Below are positions 17,719 to 28,157 of a stretch of 35,117 bases of DNA, piece after piece; the stretch's first letter is position 1, and the number at the start of each line of letters is the position of its first letter. The notes beneath the pieces are model-generated. The model searched no databases, was not told the origin of the DNA, and saw nothing but the letters and a program-made list of their open reading frames with translations. Source of the DNA: Candidatus Shapirobacteria bacterium. GTDB lineage: Bacteria; Patescibacteriota; Microgenomatia; UBA12405. The DNA lies in assembly GCA_026395315.1 (NCBI GenBank), contig JAPLYY010000024.1:1-35117 (forward strand), written 5' to 3'. A program made the position numbers and the translations under genes.

Positions 17719-20700
17719 ATGAAACCATTATTAAAAAACCTAAAAGCATACCTGTTTGTCCCACGCTGGCACTTGTCACGGTTTCAGTTTAATCTCTTTT
17801 CGATTTTATTTTTGTCTATTGGCCTTATTGGCGGAACGTATTTGACGCTTCTTAAAGTTTTTCCTAACGTTTTTGCCATAAACGACACAACTCAAATCTG
17901 GACGTTTGACGCCGGACATGCAACTGATTACACCACCGCTTCTACCATCATGACGGTTGATGCCAATGGCGCCCATCCGACAGGCGGCGTAGATGGAGCC
18001 AATGAAATCACTAACTCAAGCTTTACGGCAAATAATAACTCCTGGACACTGACGGCCCTGCAAAGCGCTACTAATACTCCGGCTGGCTGGGTAGTTGTTC
18101 CGGGAAACAGTAATTTTGTAGCGACCGGCTCGGCGTTTTTGGCCATGAAATATGAAGCAAAATGCGCCAATTCCGCAACCCCCACAGTTGGACTGACCAG
18201 TCCGGCGGATACAAGCTACGAGGTTTACCGTGATGACGGAACGGCAACGGCGGCCAATAACTGTACAGCGGCCAACGGCAGGGTGGTAACTTCGCTTGCC
18301 TCGGGATATCCAATTACTTATCTTTACCAAACAGAGGCGGCCACTCGCTGCGCAACAGTAACTGTGGGTGGCGCCGCTGCCCACTTAATCACCAATGACG
18401 AATGGATGACAATTGCCAATGACGCGGAACAACAGGCTGGTAACTGGACAGGGGCGGCGGTGGGTTCCGGCTATTTATTTGCCGGCCACAATGATAACAC
18501 TCCGGCTAAGGCCAGGGTTGCCTCAACCACCGATACCGGAAATTACCGCTGCGCCTATACCGATGCCAGTCCGGGCACGGAAGCTCCGAGTGCCTGCCCA
18601 ACCAAGACTGCCCTTGGTGAATCAGGGCTTGTAGGAAACCAGGTTCGTGTTTTGACATTATCAAACGGCCAACCTATTTGGGATATTGTCTGAAACGTCT
18701 GGGAATGGACAAATAATACGGTTCCGGCTAATCTGCAACCAACATCTTGGAACGGAACGACAGATGCGACAACCGGAGATTGGTCCGATTATGCAAGCGG
18801 ATCATTGCCGAGATATCTCCATAGCTACGTAAGCGGTTCACCGGTAACAAAACTAAAATCAGAACCAACAAGTTCTTCTTACACCCACAATGCTACATAC
18901 GGTATCGGAAGAATATGGAATTATTCTCTGTCAAGCAGTTCAACGGCTTACGGCTTTCTCCGCGGTGGCGATTGGAATAATATTGGCAACGCCGGAGCGT
19001 TCACATTGTATCTGAACATTACGCCTGTCTACCGGAACTACAACCTTGGCTTTCGCTGCGCCAGTGATCCCGTAGCCCTCTCCCAATCTCAGTCCTCTAG
19101 CATAGGCCGCGGAGCGGCCGGCGGCGAAGTTTTGGTGGTCCCTGCGGTAGCCGACGCCAAATTTACCCAGAGCATAAATCTGGGTGAAGTTGCCAGTTAT
19201 GATTTTTCCGCTTATGTCTACGACACCACAAGTAGTGGCGGGGCGGTGAGTGAAACGGTGGCCCAGTTGTATTTCAATGGCGCGGTGGTTAACCCAACCA
19301 CTTATACAGCGGTAACAGGAGAAACCGGGTGGTATAAGCTGACCGGAACCGTTACTAGCACCAACAGTGCTGTTGAATACGGATTATTTGTCAAAGCCGG
19401 AAAAACCGTTCGTGTCGATGACTTTACTTTATCCAAATCCGGAACTGCTTACAGTGTTTTCACCAAAAACGGTTATTTCAAAAACGACGTTTCCTCATGG
19501 GATTCGTTTTCAGCCAGTGTTACGAATAACGGCACTAACGGCTCGGTTGTCTACCAACTCTGCACTGATGACTTGGGGGATGCTGCCGCCGTTGGACAAG
19601 GAACTGCCTGCCAAGCCCAAAACAAATGGAAATGGTGGAACGGGAGCGCTTGGGTGTATGCCACCAACAGTACCACAGAGGTAAACACTGCCGCCCAATT
19701 AACACAAGCAGTGATGCAACACGCCTCGTTGGGAACATCTTCTAAAAAAATCAGTGTTAAGGCAATTTTGAGCTTCGGCGGAGTAGATTACCCCAAAATC
19801 GCGACCATTACCCTGGGACTGACCACAGACACGACGCCCCCAACCAATGCCACAGGACTGTACATGAATAACGAAAACGGCGTTACTTGTACCGATACTG
19901 ATAACTGCTGGACAAAATTGACCGGACCAACATTCTCCTGGACTGCCGGAAGCGACACTCAGTCACCCACTGTCCGATACTGTGTCTATTTGGGTACAGA
20001 CGCGGCTGGGGAGCCGGCAACGGACAAAGGAAAGCTGGGAACTTCTCCGGTAACCGTTCCTGTCGGCTGGACCTGCCAATTTTTGATTTCTGCCACCTCT
20101 TTGGATCTCTCAACTGCCGGATATTTGGCAACTGCACTGTCAAATGCTGACGTATTTACCACTACTGCAAATACTTACTATTTGAAAATAAAGGCTGTTG
20201 ATAACGGCGGAAATACGTCAACAACCAGTCTTTCTATGAAATTTAGGTATGACGGAACCGCACCAACTAATGTAACCTCGATTAATCCGGCGTCGGGAAA
20301 TTTTTCTAATGTCAGCGATATGAATTTTTCCTGGCCGGTTTCTCCCGCGATAGCAGCTTCCATTGATAACGAAAGCCAGGTATTAGGCTGGCAGTATCAG
20401 ATAAACCCAAGTGTGGATACCAACGGCGTTACAACGAGCGCCTGGAAAGGGACAACCCACTCAACAAACTTTAATCTTGACTATATTCCGGCAACAGCTT
20501 CTGCATATACATTTGTAACTTCCCGCGATAGCGATGGAAGCTCGGTGGGAGTGGGAAAGGTTAGTTCGGGCACTAACCAGATTTATTTCAGAACGGTTGA
20601 TAATGTGGGTAATTTTTCCTCAAACGCCACCATCAGAACCGGCTCTATTTCTTTCGGTGGAATTGCGCCGTCATTTATTCAAACAGACTCAGTGACTATT

Positions 20701-22560
20701 ACTCCCGATTCGGCAACAACAAACTCTTACGCCCTTTCCTGGCCCGCGGCAACAGCGACCACAAATAAAACGGTGACTCACTACTATTACATGATTAATG
20801 CGTCCCCGCCGACAACCTTAGCTACTTTGCAAGGAAACGCCTCGACTTATATCGATAACGGCACAGCCACAACCGTGGCCGTTCGCGCCCTGCCAAATGT
20901 TAATAAAGGCACAAACACGGTGCGGGTGGTGGCAATAGATAGCGCCACCGTTCCCAATTATTCATCCAGTAATGTTATCAGCGGAACTTTTGTACTGGAT
21001 TCGGATATCCCGGACAATGTCGGTAACCTGGTTGCCTCAGATTCCTCAATTAAATCTCAATCACAATGGAATGTTACCTTAACCTGGACGGCACCGGTCT
21101 ATCAGGGAGCGGGAAATCTTACCTATATTGTCAAACGCTCAACCGATAATGTTACCTTTACCCAAGTTGGAACCAGTACCGGCCTTTCCTATGTAGATAA
21201 CGCCCCTGCCTCTGCCTTGTACTACTACGAGGTTATAACCAAAGACAACACCGCTGACGGCTATTCAAGTGGCACCAACGCGGTTTCCATTACCCCAACG
21301 GGTAAATGGACAACCGCCCCAACCCTTGACTCAGGCCCCGATGAAGGATCAATCACCACTATAAAAGCCACAATTTCGTGGTAGACTTCAAGTACCAGCG
21401 ATTCCAAAGTACAATATGGAACAACGAGTGGCAGTTACAGCGCCGACGAAGTATCCAATTCATCTCAGGTAAGTAGCCACACAGTGAATCTAACCAACCT
21501 TAAAGCCGGAACGACATACTATTACAAGGTGAAATGGACGGATGAAGACGGCAACACCGGAACCTCTGACGAGAACAGTTTTACCACCGCTTCGGCACCC
21601 ACCATTAAGGATGTGACTGCCGGAAGTATCGGTTTATCCTCGACAATTATTCAATATACCGCTAAAGACGCCTCAAAGGTGAAAATTTACTACGGTAAAA
21701 CCACATCTTTTGGCGGCCTTAAAGAAGTTTCTACCTCTACATCGGAAACAACCTATACCACTCAGCTATCTGACTTAGATGACGGCACTAAATATTACTA
21801 CAAAATTAACTCTTTTGATTCAGAAGGAGCCGAATACGAGGGAACAATTCTTGATTTTACGACTCTCCCGAGGCCAAAAATCTCCGGCGTACGCCTAGAA
21901 ACGGTGGCTAATACCGCCCAGACAACTATCCGTGTGACATGGACAACTAATACGGAAGTTTCCTCAATCGTGACTTATTACCCGGAGGGTAATTCTGCCG
22001 CTGTCCGCGATGAAGTCAAGGTGACCTTGGAAAAGGGCGCGCATTCACTCATGATCCGGGGTTTATCTACCCAAACCAGATATTTGTTGGTTGTCCGAGG
22101 TCGAGACAAGCTAGGCAACGAAGCTATTTCTGATACCCAACGCTTTACAACTGCCACAGATACCCGTCCGCCGACGATCTTAAACCTTAAAGTTATTGGC
22201 GGCACAATTTCGCCAGTTGGATTTGCCGCAGGCGACGTTAAAGCTCAGCTGATTATTACCTGGGATACAGATGAACCGGCTACCGGACAGGTTGAATTCG
22301 GACAAGGTTCTGGCACCACTTATTCCCAAAAATCGCAGTTTGACGGCAACATGGCCAGTAACCACACCGTTATTTTATCCGGCCTAATACCAAGCCAGGT
22401 ATACCATCTACATGCGCTGTCTCAGGACGCTTCGGGCAATCCCGCAGTCAGCATTGATTTGGTCACTATCGCGCCCAAAGCAACCCGCTCGGCACTTGAT
22501 TTGGTAGTCAAAAATTTATCGGAGGCATTTGGGTTTATCGGTTCCATTCAACTGAAATAA
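17719..22560 (+). pseudogene. giant surface protein (signal anchor, FGE/C-type-lectin domain with VR-like segment, Ig/Fn3-like repeats) in one frame with two in-frame stops
   Basis: Track ORFs 17719-18693, 18805-21384 and 21484-22560 share one frame and are separated only by TGA (18691-18693) and TAG (21382-21384). The TGA replaces the Gly of the conserved motif, reading WDIV*NVWEWT. Four tandem Fn3-like units of the pattern (..TW.T....S.V.YG......YYYK) occur in the last ~400 codons. Confidence 0.7.
18953..19069 (+). repeat. VR-like scaffold homologous to TR2 (not adenine-specific)
   Basis: It translates as FLRGGDWNNIGNAGAFTLYLNITPVYRNYNLGFRCASD. It is the same length as TR2 with no gaps, and the first 17 nt are identical. 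Of 32 mismatches, only 8 fall at TR adenines. Confidence 0.7.
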
Positions 22561-22562
22561 CT

Positions 22563-23324
22563 ATGATGGAAACAACTAAAACCACGATCATCGAAGTAAA
22601 AAACCTTAATAAAACCTTTGAGGTTAAGTCAACACAAATACCGGTGTTGAAAGATATTAACGTGGAGATTAAAAAGGGCGAGTTTATCATTATTACCGGC
22701 CCGTCCGGCTGTGGCAAATCCACCCTCTTACATATCCTGTTGGGACTTGAACCGCCAAGTTCGGGCTCTGTTGTCTTTTTGGGTAATAATCTTTACGGTG
22801 GCATGACCGAGGATGAACGCACAGAAGTGCGAAAAACCGAAGTCGGCATGGTGTATCAACAACCCAACTGGATTAAGGCTTTAACCGTTTTGGAAAACGT
22901 GATGTTTGCCCTCCGGATTAACGGAGAAACGGATGAAGATGCCCGCAAAAAAGCGATTGAGGTTCTGACTATGGTGGGTATGGATAAATGGCAAGATTAC
23001 ATTCCAACCGAGCTATCAAGCGGGCAACAGCAGAAAGTGGCTTTAGGACGGGCTGTTGTCACCAACCCCCAGATTATTATTGCCGATGAACCGACGGGGA
23101 ACCTCGACTTTAAATCCGGTCAGGAACTGATGGAACTTTTAAAAAAACTGAATAATGAAAACCGAACGATTATCATGGTGACACACGACCTGGAATATCT
23201 GACCTTTGCCACCCGGTCGTTTATTATGTTTGACGGCAAAATTGTCGGATCGGCACATGAGCATGAACTGGCGGGAAAGTTGGGCGGTTTCAAAAAATTA
23301 ATGGCTTCAGTCACCAAACAATGA
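22563..23324 (+). CDS. ABC transporter ATP-binding protein (MacB/LolD/FtsE-like)
   Basis: Walker A is GPSGCGKST, the signature is LSSGQQQKVALGRA, and Walker B is IIIADEPTGNLD. Confidence 0.9.
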   Translation: MMETTKTTIIEVKNLNKTFEVKSTQIPVLKDINVEIKKGEFIIITGPSGCGKSTLLHILLGLEPPSSGSVVFLGNNLYGGMTEDERTEVRKTEVGMVYQQPNWIKALTVLENVMFALRINGETDEDARKKAIEVLTMVGMDKWQDYIPTELSSGQQQKVALGRAVVTNPQIIIADEPTGNLDFKSGQELMELLKKLNNENRTIIMVTHDLEYLTFATRSFIMFDGKIVGSAHEHELAGKLGGFKKLMASVTKQ

Positions 23325-23325
23325 T

Positions 23326-25299
23326 ATGAAAATACTAGTGGTACCAAAAATTAAACAAACATTCAAACAGTCTCTCCGTTCCATTGGCGAGATTGCAAGC
23401 TTCTTGATTCTGGTAGTTCTCTATTCATTTTCCTTATTTGTTATAAAAATAAGTCAGAAATGGAAAAAATTGGGTACGGTGACAACACGGTTTGACCGCT
23501 GGGTTAAAGGACTGGACAAAAAAGACCAGAGCGGCGTCAGCCGTTTGTATCTTATTGAAATTGCCTTCAAAAACATGGCTGCTAAAAAGACCCGAACGAT
23601 TATTACGATCGGCGGCATGGCCATCGGCATTTCCTTTATTGTATTTCTGGTCTCTGTGGGCTACGGCTTACAGCAATTGGTCGTTTCCCGGGTGGCGCGT
23701 TTGGACGAGTTGAAACAAGCAGAGGTTGTCCCGGGACTCTCCAAAGATTTGAGCCTAACCGACGCTACAATCGCAAAATTTAAAGAGATAAATAATGTCA
23801 CTAATGTTTTGCCCCTTATAGCCGTGGTCGGACGCATCTCCTATCAAAACTCGGTGTCGGATTTAGCTGTTTACGGAGCTACCTCCGATTACCTGAAATT
23901 CTCCGCCCTACAACCAGTAAAAGGAACGTTGTTTGAGAGTAACACCATTAGTTTTGACACTTCATCTCTTGGGGCGGTAGCAGGGGCAGAGACGCGTGTC
24001 GGAGAAAAGGGTGAGGAAATCGGCGCTATCTCCTACGCCATAGATACTGATACTTGGCTTAAAGTCCGTGAAGGGCCAAGTACCACAGCCAAAATTATTG
24101 GCTACACCAAACGCACCGAAGGCCACACAAACGGCACGGAAGTTTGGGGCGATACTTATATCACCGATACCAATGCCGGGAAATCCGGAACGAACGGAAA
24201 AGGAGATCCAATGGGCAAGTGGGTAAAAGCAACTTATTTACTTTGGGAAAAGAAGACGTGCACAACAGAAGGAAGCGGCGACTGCGAAAACGGATCGTAT
24301 ATGGTTTTACGGGATAAAGACAATCTTCAATTGCAGCAGGAAGGCTATATGGCAGAAATTTCAATGACTACTACACTTCAGGACCAGGTTACCCAGGTTT
24401 TAGGGGTAACAACAGCAAACACCTCGGGTTCCTTGCCGGTTGTGGAGGTGGCTAGTGAGTCTGCGTCGGCGCAAAATCAGGCAATACAAAAAGTGGAAGT
24501 TAAAAGTACGGAAAAGAAACAAATTGTGGTTAACCGTTCCGTCCTGCAACTTTTAAATATTCCCGAATCAGAGGCGGTCGGGAAAGAACTGAATCTTTCC
24601 ATGGTAGTAGTAGGGGAACTTCTGGATGATTCAAACATGCGTATTGAATCGACACCTTTGGCATATTCCATTGTCGGCGTAATCCCCGATGAAGGCACGC
24701 CGGTTGTCTATGTGCCATTTATTGATGTCCGGTCTTTGGGGGTTAATAAATTTTCTCAGGCCAAAGTTATTGTCAAAGATAAACAGGATTTGGCCAGCGC
24801 TCGCGCCTCAATTGAATCGGCAGGATATGGCACAGTATCGGTTGCCGATACCGTTGCTCAGATTGATACACTATTTGCCAATTTCCGTTTGATTTTATCA
24901 ATTCTCGGGATGGTGGCGTTATCGGTTGCGGCTTTGGGTATGTTTAACACACTTACGGTGTCACTTCTTGAACGTACACGGGAAGTAGGGCTGATGAAAG
25001 CCATGGGTATGAAATCGGATGAAGTTAAATCTCTGTTTTTGACTGAATCAATGATAATGGGACTTTATGGCGGAATTTTAGGACTTATTTTGGGAGTTAT
25101 TGTTGGGAAAATATTAAGTATTGTTTTGTCCGCTCTCTCTTTGATAAAAGGTGTGGGATTTGTTGATATTTCCTACGTGCCACCTGTCTTTGTTCTGGTG
25201 GTTCTTGCGCTTTCCGTACTGGTCGGAATTGCCACCGGCTACTTCCCAGCCAAGCGGGCAACCAGAATTTCCGCCCTCAATGCATTGCGCTACGAATAG
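23326..25299 (+). CDS. ABC transporter permease, FtsX/MacB-like, with a large extracytoplasmic insert
   Basis: It starts 1 nt after the ATPase stop. The C-terminal FtsX-type region carries LLERTREVGLMKAMGMKSDEV plus TM helices. The insert contains an SH3b-like stretch, WLKVREGPSTTAKIIGY. Confidence 0.85.
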   Translation: MKILVVPKIKQTFKQSLRSIGEIASFLILVVLYSFSLFVIKISQKWKKLGTVTTRFDRWVKGLDKKDQSGVSRLYLIEIAFKNMAAKKTRTIITIGGMAIGISFIVFLVSVGYGLQQLVVSRVARLDELKQAEVVPGLSKDLSLTDATIAKFKEINNVTNVLPLIAVVGRISYQNSVSDLAVYGATSDYLKFSALQPVKGTLFESNTISFDTSSLGAVAGAETRVGEKGEEIGAISYAIDTDTWLKVREGPSTTAKIIGYTKRTEGHTNGTEVWGDTYITDTNAGKSGTNGKGDPMGKWVKATYLLWEKKTCTTEGSGDCENGSYMVLRDKDNLQLQQEGYMAEISMTTTLQDQVTQVLGVTTANTSGSLPVVEVASESASAQNQAIQKVEVKSTEKKQIVVNRSVLQLLNIPESEAVGKELNLSMVVVGELLDDSNMRIESTPLAYSIVGVIPDEGTPVVYVPFIDVRSLGVNKFSQAKVIVKDKQDLASARASIESAGYGTVSVADTVAQIDTLFANFRLILSILGMVALSVAALGMFNTLTVSLLERTREVGLMKAMGMKSDEVKSLFLTESMIMGLYGGILGLILGVIVGKILSIVLSALSLIKGVGFVDISYVPPVFVLVVLALSVLVGIATGYFPAKRATRISALNALRYE

Positions 25300-25323
25300 G
25301 TAAACCTCTATAATACAGTTTGT

Positions 25324-25524
25324 ATGCCTGAGAAAATTGGTAAAAAATTAAAAGAAGCTCGATTAAAACTTGGGTTGAAACAAATTGATGTTGCTAAAAA
25401 AGCAGATGTTAGTATAAATTATTATGCCCGCATTGAGCGCGATGAAGAAAATCCGACACTGGAAACTATCAAAAGAATACTCAAAGTCTTGAAAGTAAAA
25501 TCTTCTAACATTCTGCCGTTTTAA
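25324..25524 (+). CDS. XRE-family helix-turn-helix transcriptional regulator
   Basis: 66 aa, with LKEARLKLGLKQIDVAKKADVSINYYARIERDEENPTLETI. Confidence 0.85.
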   Translation: MPEKIGKKLKEARLKLGLKQIDVAKKADVSINYYARIERDEENPTLETIKRILKVLKVKSSNILPF

Positions 25525-25754
25525 TCTTTTTTTAATTTTACCGGATCAATTTTTCCACTTTGTTCATCCTCAACAATTTTGTGAGAGAGTATATGAGCCG
25601 CGTCGGCGTTTTCTTCGAGAAATTTGATTGCATCTTCACGGGTAGCGTTTTTGTCTTTGTTTGTCCGTAGGTACCAGAGGATTCCTTCGATATCCTTTTC
25701 AGTTATTTGGTAACCAACGTTCTTTGTCATATGGTCGAAGTATAGCACTTTCAT
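25521..25754 (-). CDS. small hypothetical protein (77 aa) co-operonic with the HKD nuclease
   Basis: Its ATG overlaps the stop of 25751-26197 (4-nt overlap). I recognised no family. Confidence 0.55.
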   Translation of the reverse strand: MKVLYFDHMTKNVGYQITEKDIEGILWYLRTNKDKNATREDAIKFLEENADAAHILSHKIVEDEQSGKIDPVKLKKD

Positions 25755-26197
25755 ATGTACCTCCCGAAATTTAAAAAATTAAACATATCTACGGCGAAGC
25801 CGCCGCCTTCAAGGCGGCGCATAATCTCACGGCTATGTATTTGCGATAAGATATTCAAACTGCCCTCCCAGAGGATCGTACGGTCAATGATAGCCAGTTT
25901 CCGATGATGATTACCTGTGCAGAGTAAAACCTGTATCCCCATGTCCTCCAGAGCCTCTATTGCGCTTTCAGACTGATCATCGTAACTATCTATGTGTTCT
26001 TTAGGGTCACGGGTAACAATAAAGATTTTAACGCCTTTTACATACAGTCTTCTTAAAATCGACCAGAGTGTTTTCATCCGTTCCGAGGTTATGAAAGGGC
26101 TTTCGATAATTACTTCCTTTTGGCACTGTTCCAAATCCCTCAAGAAAGCCTTATAAAATGTCTTCTCATCATGAAGAGAGGAGGTAAGGTTATTCAT
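25751..26197 (-). CDS. single-HKD phospholipase D-family protein (Nuc-like nuclease)
   Basis: 148 aa. GNHHRKLAIIDRTILWEGSLNILSQ contains H-x-K-x4-D followed by the GS.N pattern. A GGAGG RBS is present. Confidence 0.8.
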   Translation of the reverse strand: MNNLTSSLHDEKTFYKAFLRDLEQCQKEVIIESPFITSERMKTLWSILRRLYVKGVKIFIVTRDPKEHIDSYDDQSESAIEALEDMGIQVLLCTGNHHRKLAIIDRTILWEGSLNILSQIHSREIMRRLEGGGFAVDMFNFLNFGRYI

Positions 26198-26306
26198 GGT
26201 TTACCTCCATATTATCAATAAATACGATTTTTCCGTCTACCTCTGTGATTCCTAATTCCCCGAGCTTATAATATGTCTTGATTACACTCTCGAAAAGAGG
26301 TTCCAC
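26190..26306 (-). CDS. small conserved ORF (38 aa, GTG start) upstream of the HKD nuclease; paralogue at 31015-31191
   Basis: MEPLFESVIKTYYKLGELGITEVDGKIVFIDNMEVNHE is ~53% identical over 38 aa to the translation of 31015-31191, and many of the nucleotide differences are synonymous-type. There is no obvious RBS, and the frame is open upstream into the repeat. Confidence 0.3.
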   Translation of the reverse strand: MEPLFESVIKTYYKLGELGITEVDGKIVFIDNMEVNHE

Positions 26307-27820
26307 CGGTGGTACAATTGGCTCACCAAAAGGGAAATCGAGTCGGAAGTGGGGGCAGCGCTGGCTGCGCCCCCCTTCGCAGACAGCGCTGCAAAGGCAT
26401 AATTCAAATCCGCCGAGAGCCGCCGATTCATTAAAAAGAAGTTCGAGCCGACTTTTTTTACCATGATTGACAAATCATGGCAATTATTTTTTGCGCGCGC
26501 GATTTTTTGCGCCTGTAAGGCGCAATTTACGAATTCTCTCATAGGTTCGAGCCAAACAGTTCCGTTTTTCTTAATTTGGGATTTTCTTTCCTCTAACTTT
26601 AGTTTTTCGTCAAACAATTCATTCTTCTTCTGTTTGTAAATTCCCGGTTCGATAACCTGATCGAGATAACCGTCAAGAAGCCTATTTAGTTTTACTTCGG
26701 ATTCTTGGATTTGTCCGTCAAGCTGTTTTTCTTCTACTTCGGCAACTAATTTATCTTTTTCTTCGGCTTGGGTGATCCACTTATCAAAATACGGTTCCCA
26801 GCCTTCGTGCAAGCCGCAATCATGAACAATTTTTCTTACTTGTTCTTCTGTATCAGATTCAGAAATATATTTTTGATTACATGGTTTTAGTTTTTTAGTG
26901 CAACGATAGTAAATAAAAGTTTGTCCAGTTCCATTTTTATATTTCTTGACGTGTTGTTCTGCGGTGATTGCGGCGCCGCATTCGCCGCAGGTCGCCAGAC
27001 CTGCAAAGGCGAAATTGTGGCCTTTTTGTCTTGGTCTTTCGATTCTCTCAACTTGTTTTTGGACTTCGTCAAACAGCTTTTTGCTGATAAAAGTTTTGTG
27101 AGAACCTTGATAATATTCGTCAGCATATTTGAGAATGCCTAAGTAGAATTTATTTGAAAGCATATTTTTTACTTGGCCAACTTTTACGAGTTTTTCTCCC
27201 TCCCGCTTAATTCCAAACTTAAACATAAATTGAGAAATGGCCGTAAATGAAGAATTGCCTTCAGCAAAAAGCTGAAATGATTTTTTGACGATTCGTGATT
27301 TTTCTTCGTCAACATCTATTCCCCTCGTTTTGGGATTATTGGAATATCCGTAAGGTGCTTTACTTGGCCAAACTCCGTTACGGAGTTTTTGCCTATTACC
27401 TCGTTTGACATTTTCGCTTAGATTATCAACATAATACTTGCTTTGGCCAAAGGCGATTGAAAGCATAAATTTGCCTTGCGGGGTGCTTTCAAACCAAAAT
27501 GAGGGGAATTTTAAATCAAGGAGTTTGCCGGTATCCAAAAGATAAATTATTTTTCCTCCGTCAATACTGTTTCTAGCCAAACGATCGGGATGCCATGAAA
27601 GAATGGCGTTAGCCATTCCTTTCTCGATTTTCCTTAAGACTTCCGCAAATTGCTCTCGCCCAGGAACCTTAGCGGTTTTCGCTTCGGTGATAAATTCGGT
27701 GATAGTTAGATTTTCTCGTTTGGCAAACTCCTTGAGTTCGGCAATTTGGGCTTCAATAGACAAAACTTGTTTATCCTTTTCATCTGTGGATTTTCGACAA
27801 TAGGCAATATATTTGATCAT
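26282..27820 (-). CDS. large serine recombinase
   Basis: 512 aa. Motifs are AYCRKSTDEKDKQVLSIEAQ, HPDRLARN, APYGY and the zinc ribbon CGECGAAI...YYRCTK. The last ~45 codons run through the 103-bp repeat and beyond, so the natural C-terminus is uncertain. Confidence 0.9.
   Translation of the reverse strand: MIKYIAYCRKSTDEKDKQVLSIEAQIAELKEFAKRENLTITEFITEAKTAKVPGREQFAEVLRKIEKGMANAILSWHPDRLARNSIDGGKIIYLLDTGKLLDLKFPSFWFESTPQGKFMLSIAFGQSKYYVDNLSENVKRGNRQKLRNGVWPSKAPYGYSNNPKTRGIDVDEEKSRIVKKSFQLFAEGNSSFTAISQFMFKFGIKREGEKLVKVGQVKNMLSNKFYLGILKYADEYYQGSHKTFISKKLFDEVQKQVERIERPRQKGHNFAFAGLATCGECGAAITAEQHVKKYKNGTGQTFIYYRCTKKLKPCNQKYISESDTEEQVRKIVHDCGLHEGWEPYFDKWITQAEEKDKLVAEVEEKQLDGQIQESEVKLNRLLDGYLDQVIEPGIYKQKKNELFDEKLKLEERKSQIKKNGTVWLEPMREFVNCALQAQKIARAKNNCHDLSIMVKKVGSNFFLMNRRLSADLNYAFAALSAKGGAASAAPTSDSISLLVSQLYHRWNLFSRV
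26323..26425. repeat. inverted repeat IR1, left copy (103 bp)
   Basis: It is the exact reverse complement of 27868-27970, checked base by base. It is GC-rich with an internal hairpin (GAAGTGGGGGCAGC..GCTGCGCCCCCCTTC). Confidence 0.9.
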
Positions 27821-27867
27821 AGTTTTGTTTCTCTTAAAATTTTTTCGTTTTTCTTCATTCTTTTTTA

Positions 27868-27970
27868 CGGCGGCTCTCGGCGGATTTGAATTATGCCTTT
27901 GCAGCGCTGTCTGCGAAGGGGGGCGCAGCCAGCGCTGCCCCCACTTCCGACTCGATTTCCCTTTTGGTGA
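27868..27970. repeat. inverted repeat IR1, right copy (103 bp)
   Basis: It is the exact reverse complement of 26323-26425. It lies 47 nt upstream of the recombinase start codon. Confidence 0.9.
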
Positions 27971-28070
27971 ACGTTTTTGAAAAAATTCGAACTCATTTCA
28001 AGTCAAACTGTTAGCTTGCCGCTTTGCGGCTCGCTACTCCAGCGCGGCGCCCCCACCCGCCGCGCTTCCG
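27967..28070. repeat. inverted repeat IR2, left copy (104 bp)
   Basis: Its reverse complement matches 30546-30649 at 103/104 positions. It overlaps the IR1 right copy by 4 nt (GTGA). It contains a 9-bp-stem GC hairpin, AGCGCGGCG..CGCCGCGCT. Confidence 0.9.
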
Positions 28071-28157
28071 AAAAAGTCGGCTCGAACAGGACAAAATCAG
28101 ATATGATTTTGTCCAAAGAAAAACGCAAAAATTTTAAAGAACTTTTATATAACTCAA

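Noticed and set aside
18691-18693. TGA recoded as glycine (genetic code 25, SR1/Gracilibacteria), because the TGA sits at the Gly of GNVWEWT.
   Set aside because: Several well-supported genes in this window end at TGA: transposase 12019-12021, avd2 16022-16024, ABC ATPase 23322-23324 and recombinase 297-299. Long ORFs of 880, 703 and 657 aa contain no internal TGA. The second interruption in the same gene is a TAG. The standard code with a point mutation or polymorphism is the simpler explanation.
17928-20363. Numerous overlapping or antisense track ORFs inside the giant surface-protein gene (for example 17928-18185, 18016-18384, 19367-19684, 19883-20143).
   Set aside because: They lie in the locally GC-richer region, where spurious open frames are expected. 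Their sequences are Arg/Pro/Cys-rich nonsense, while the sense frame has clear domain motifs.
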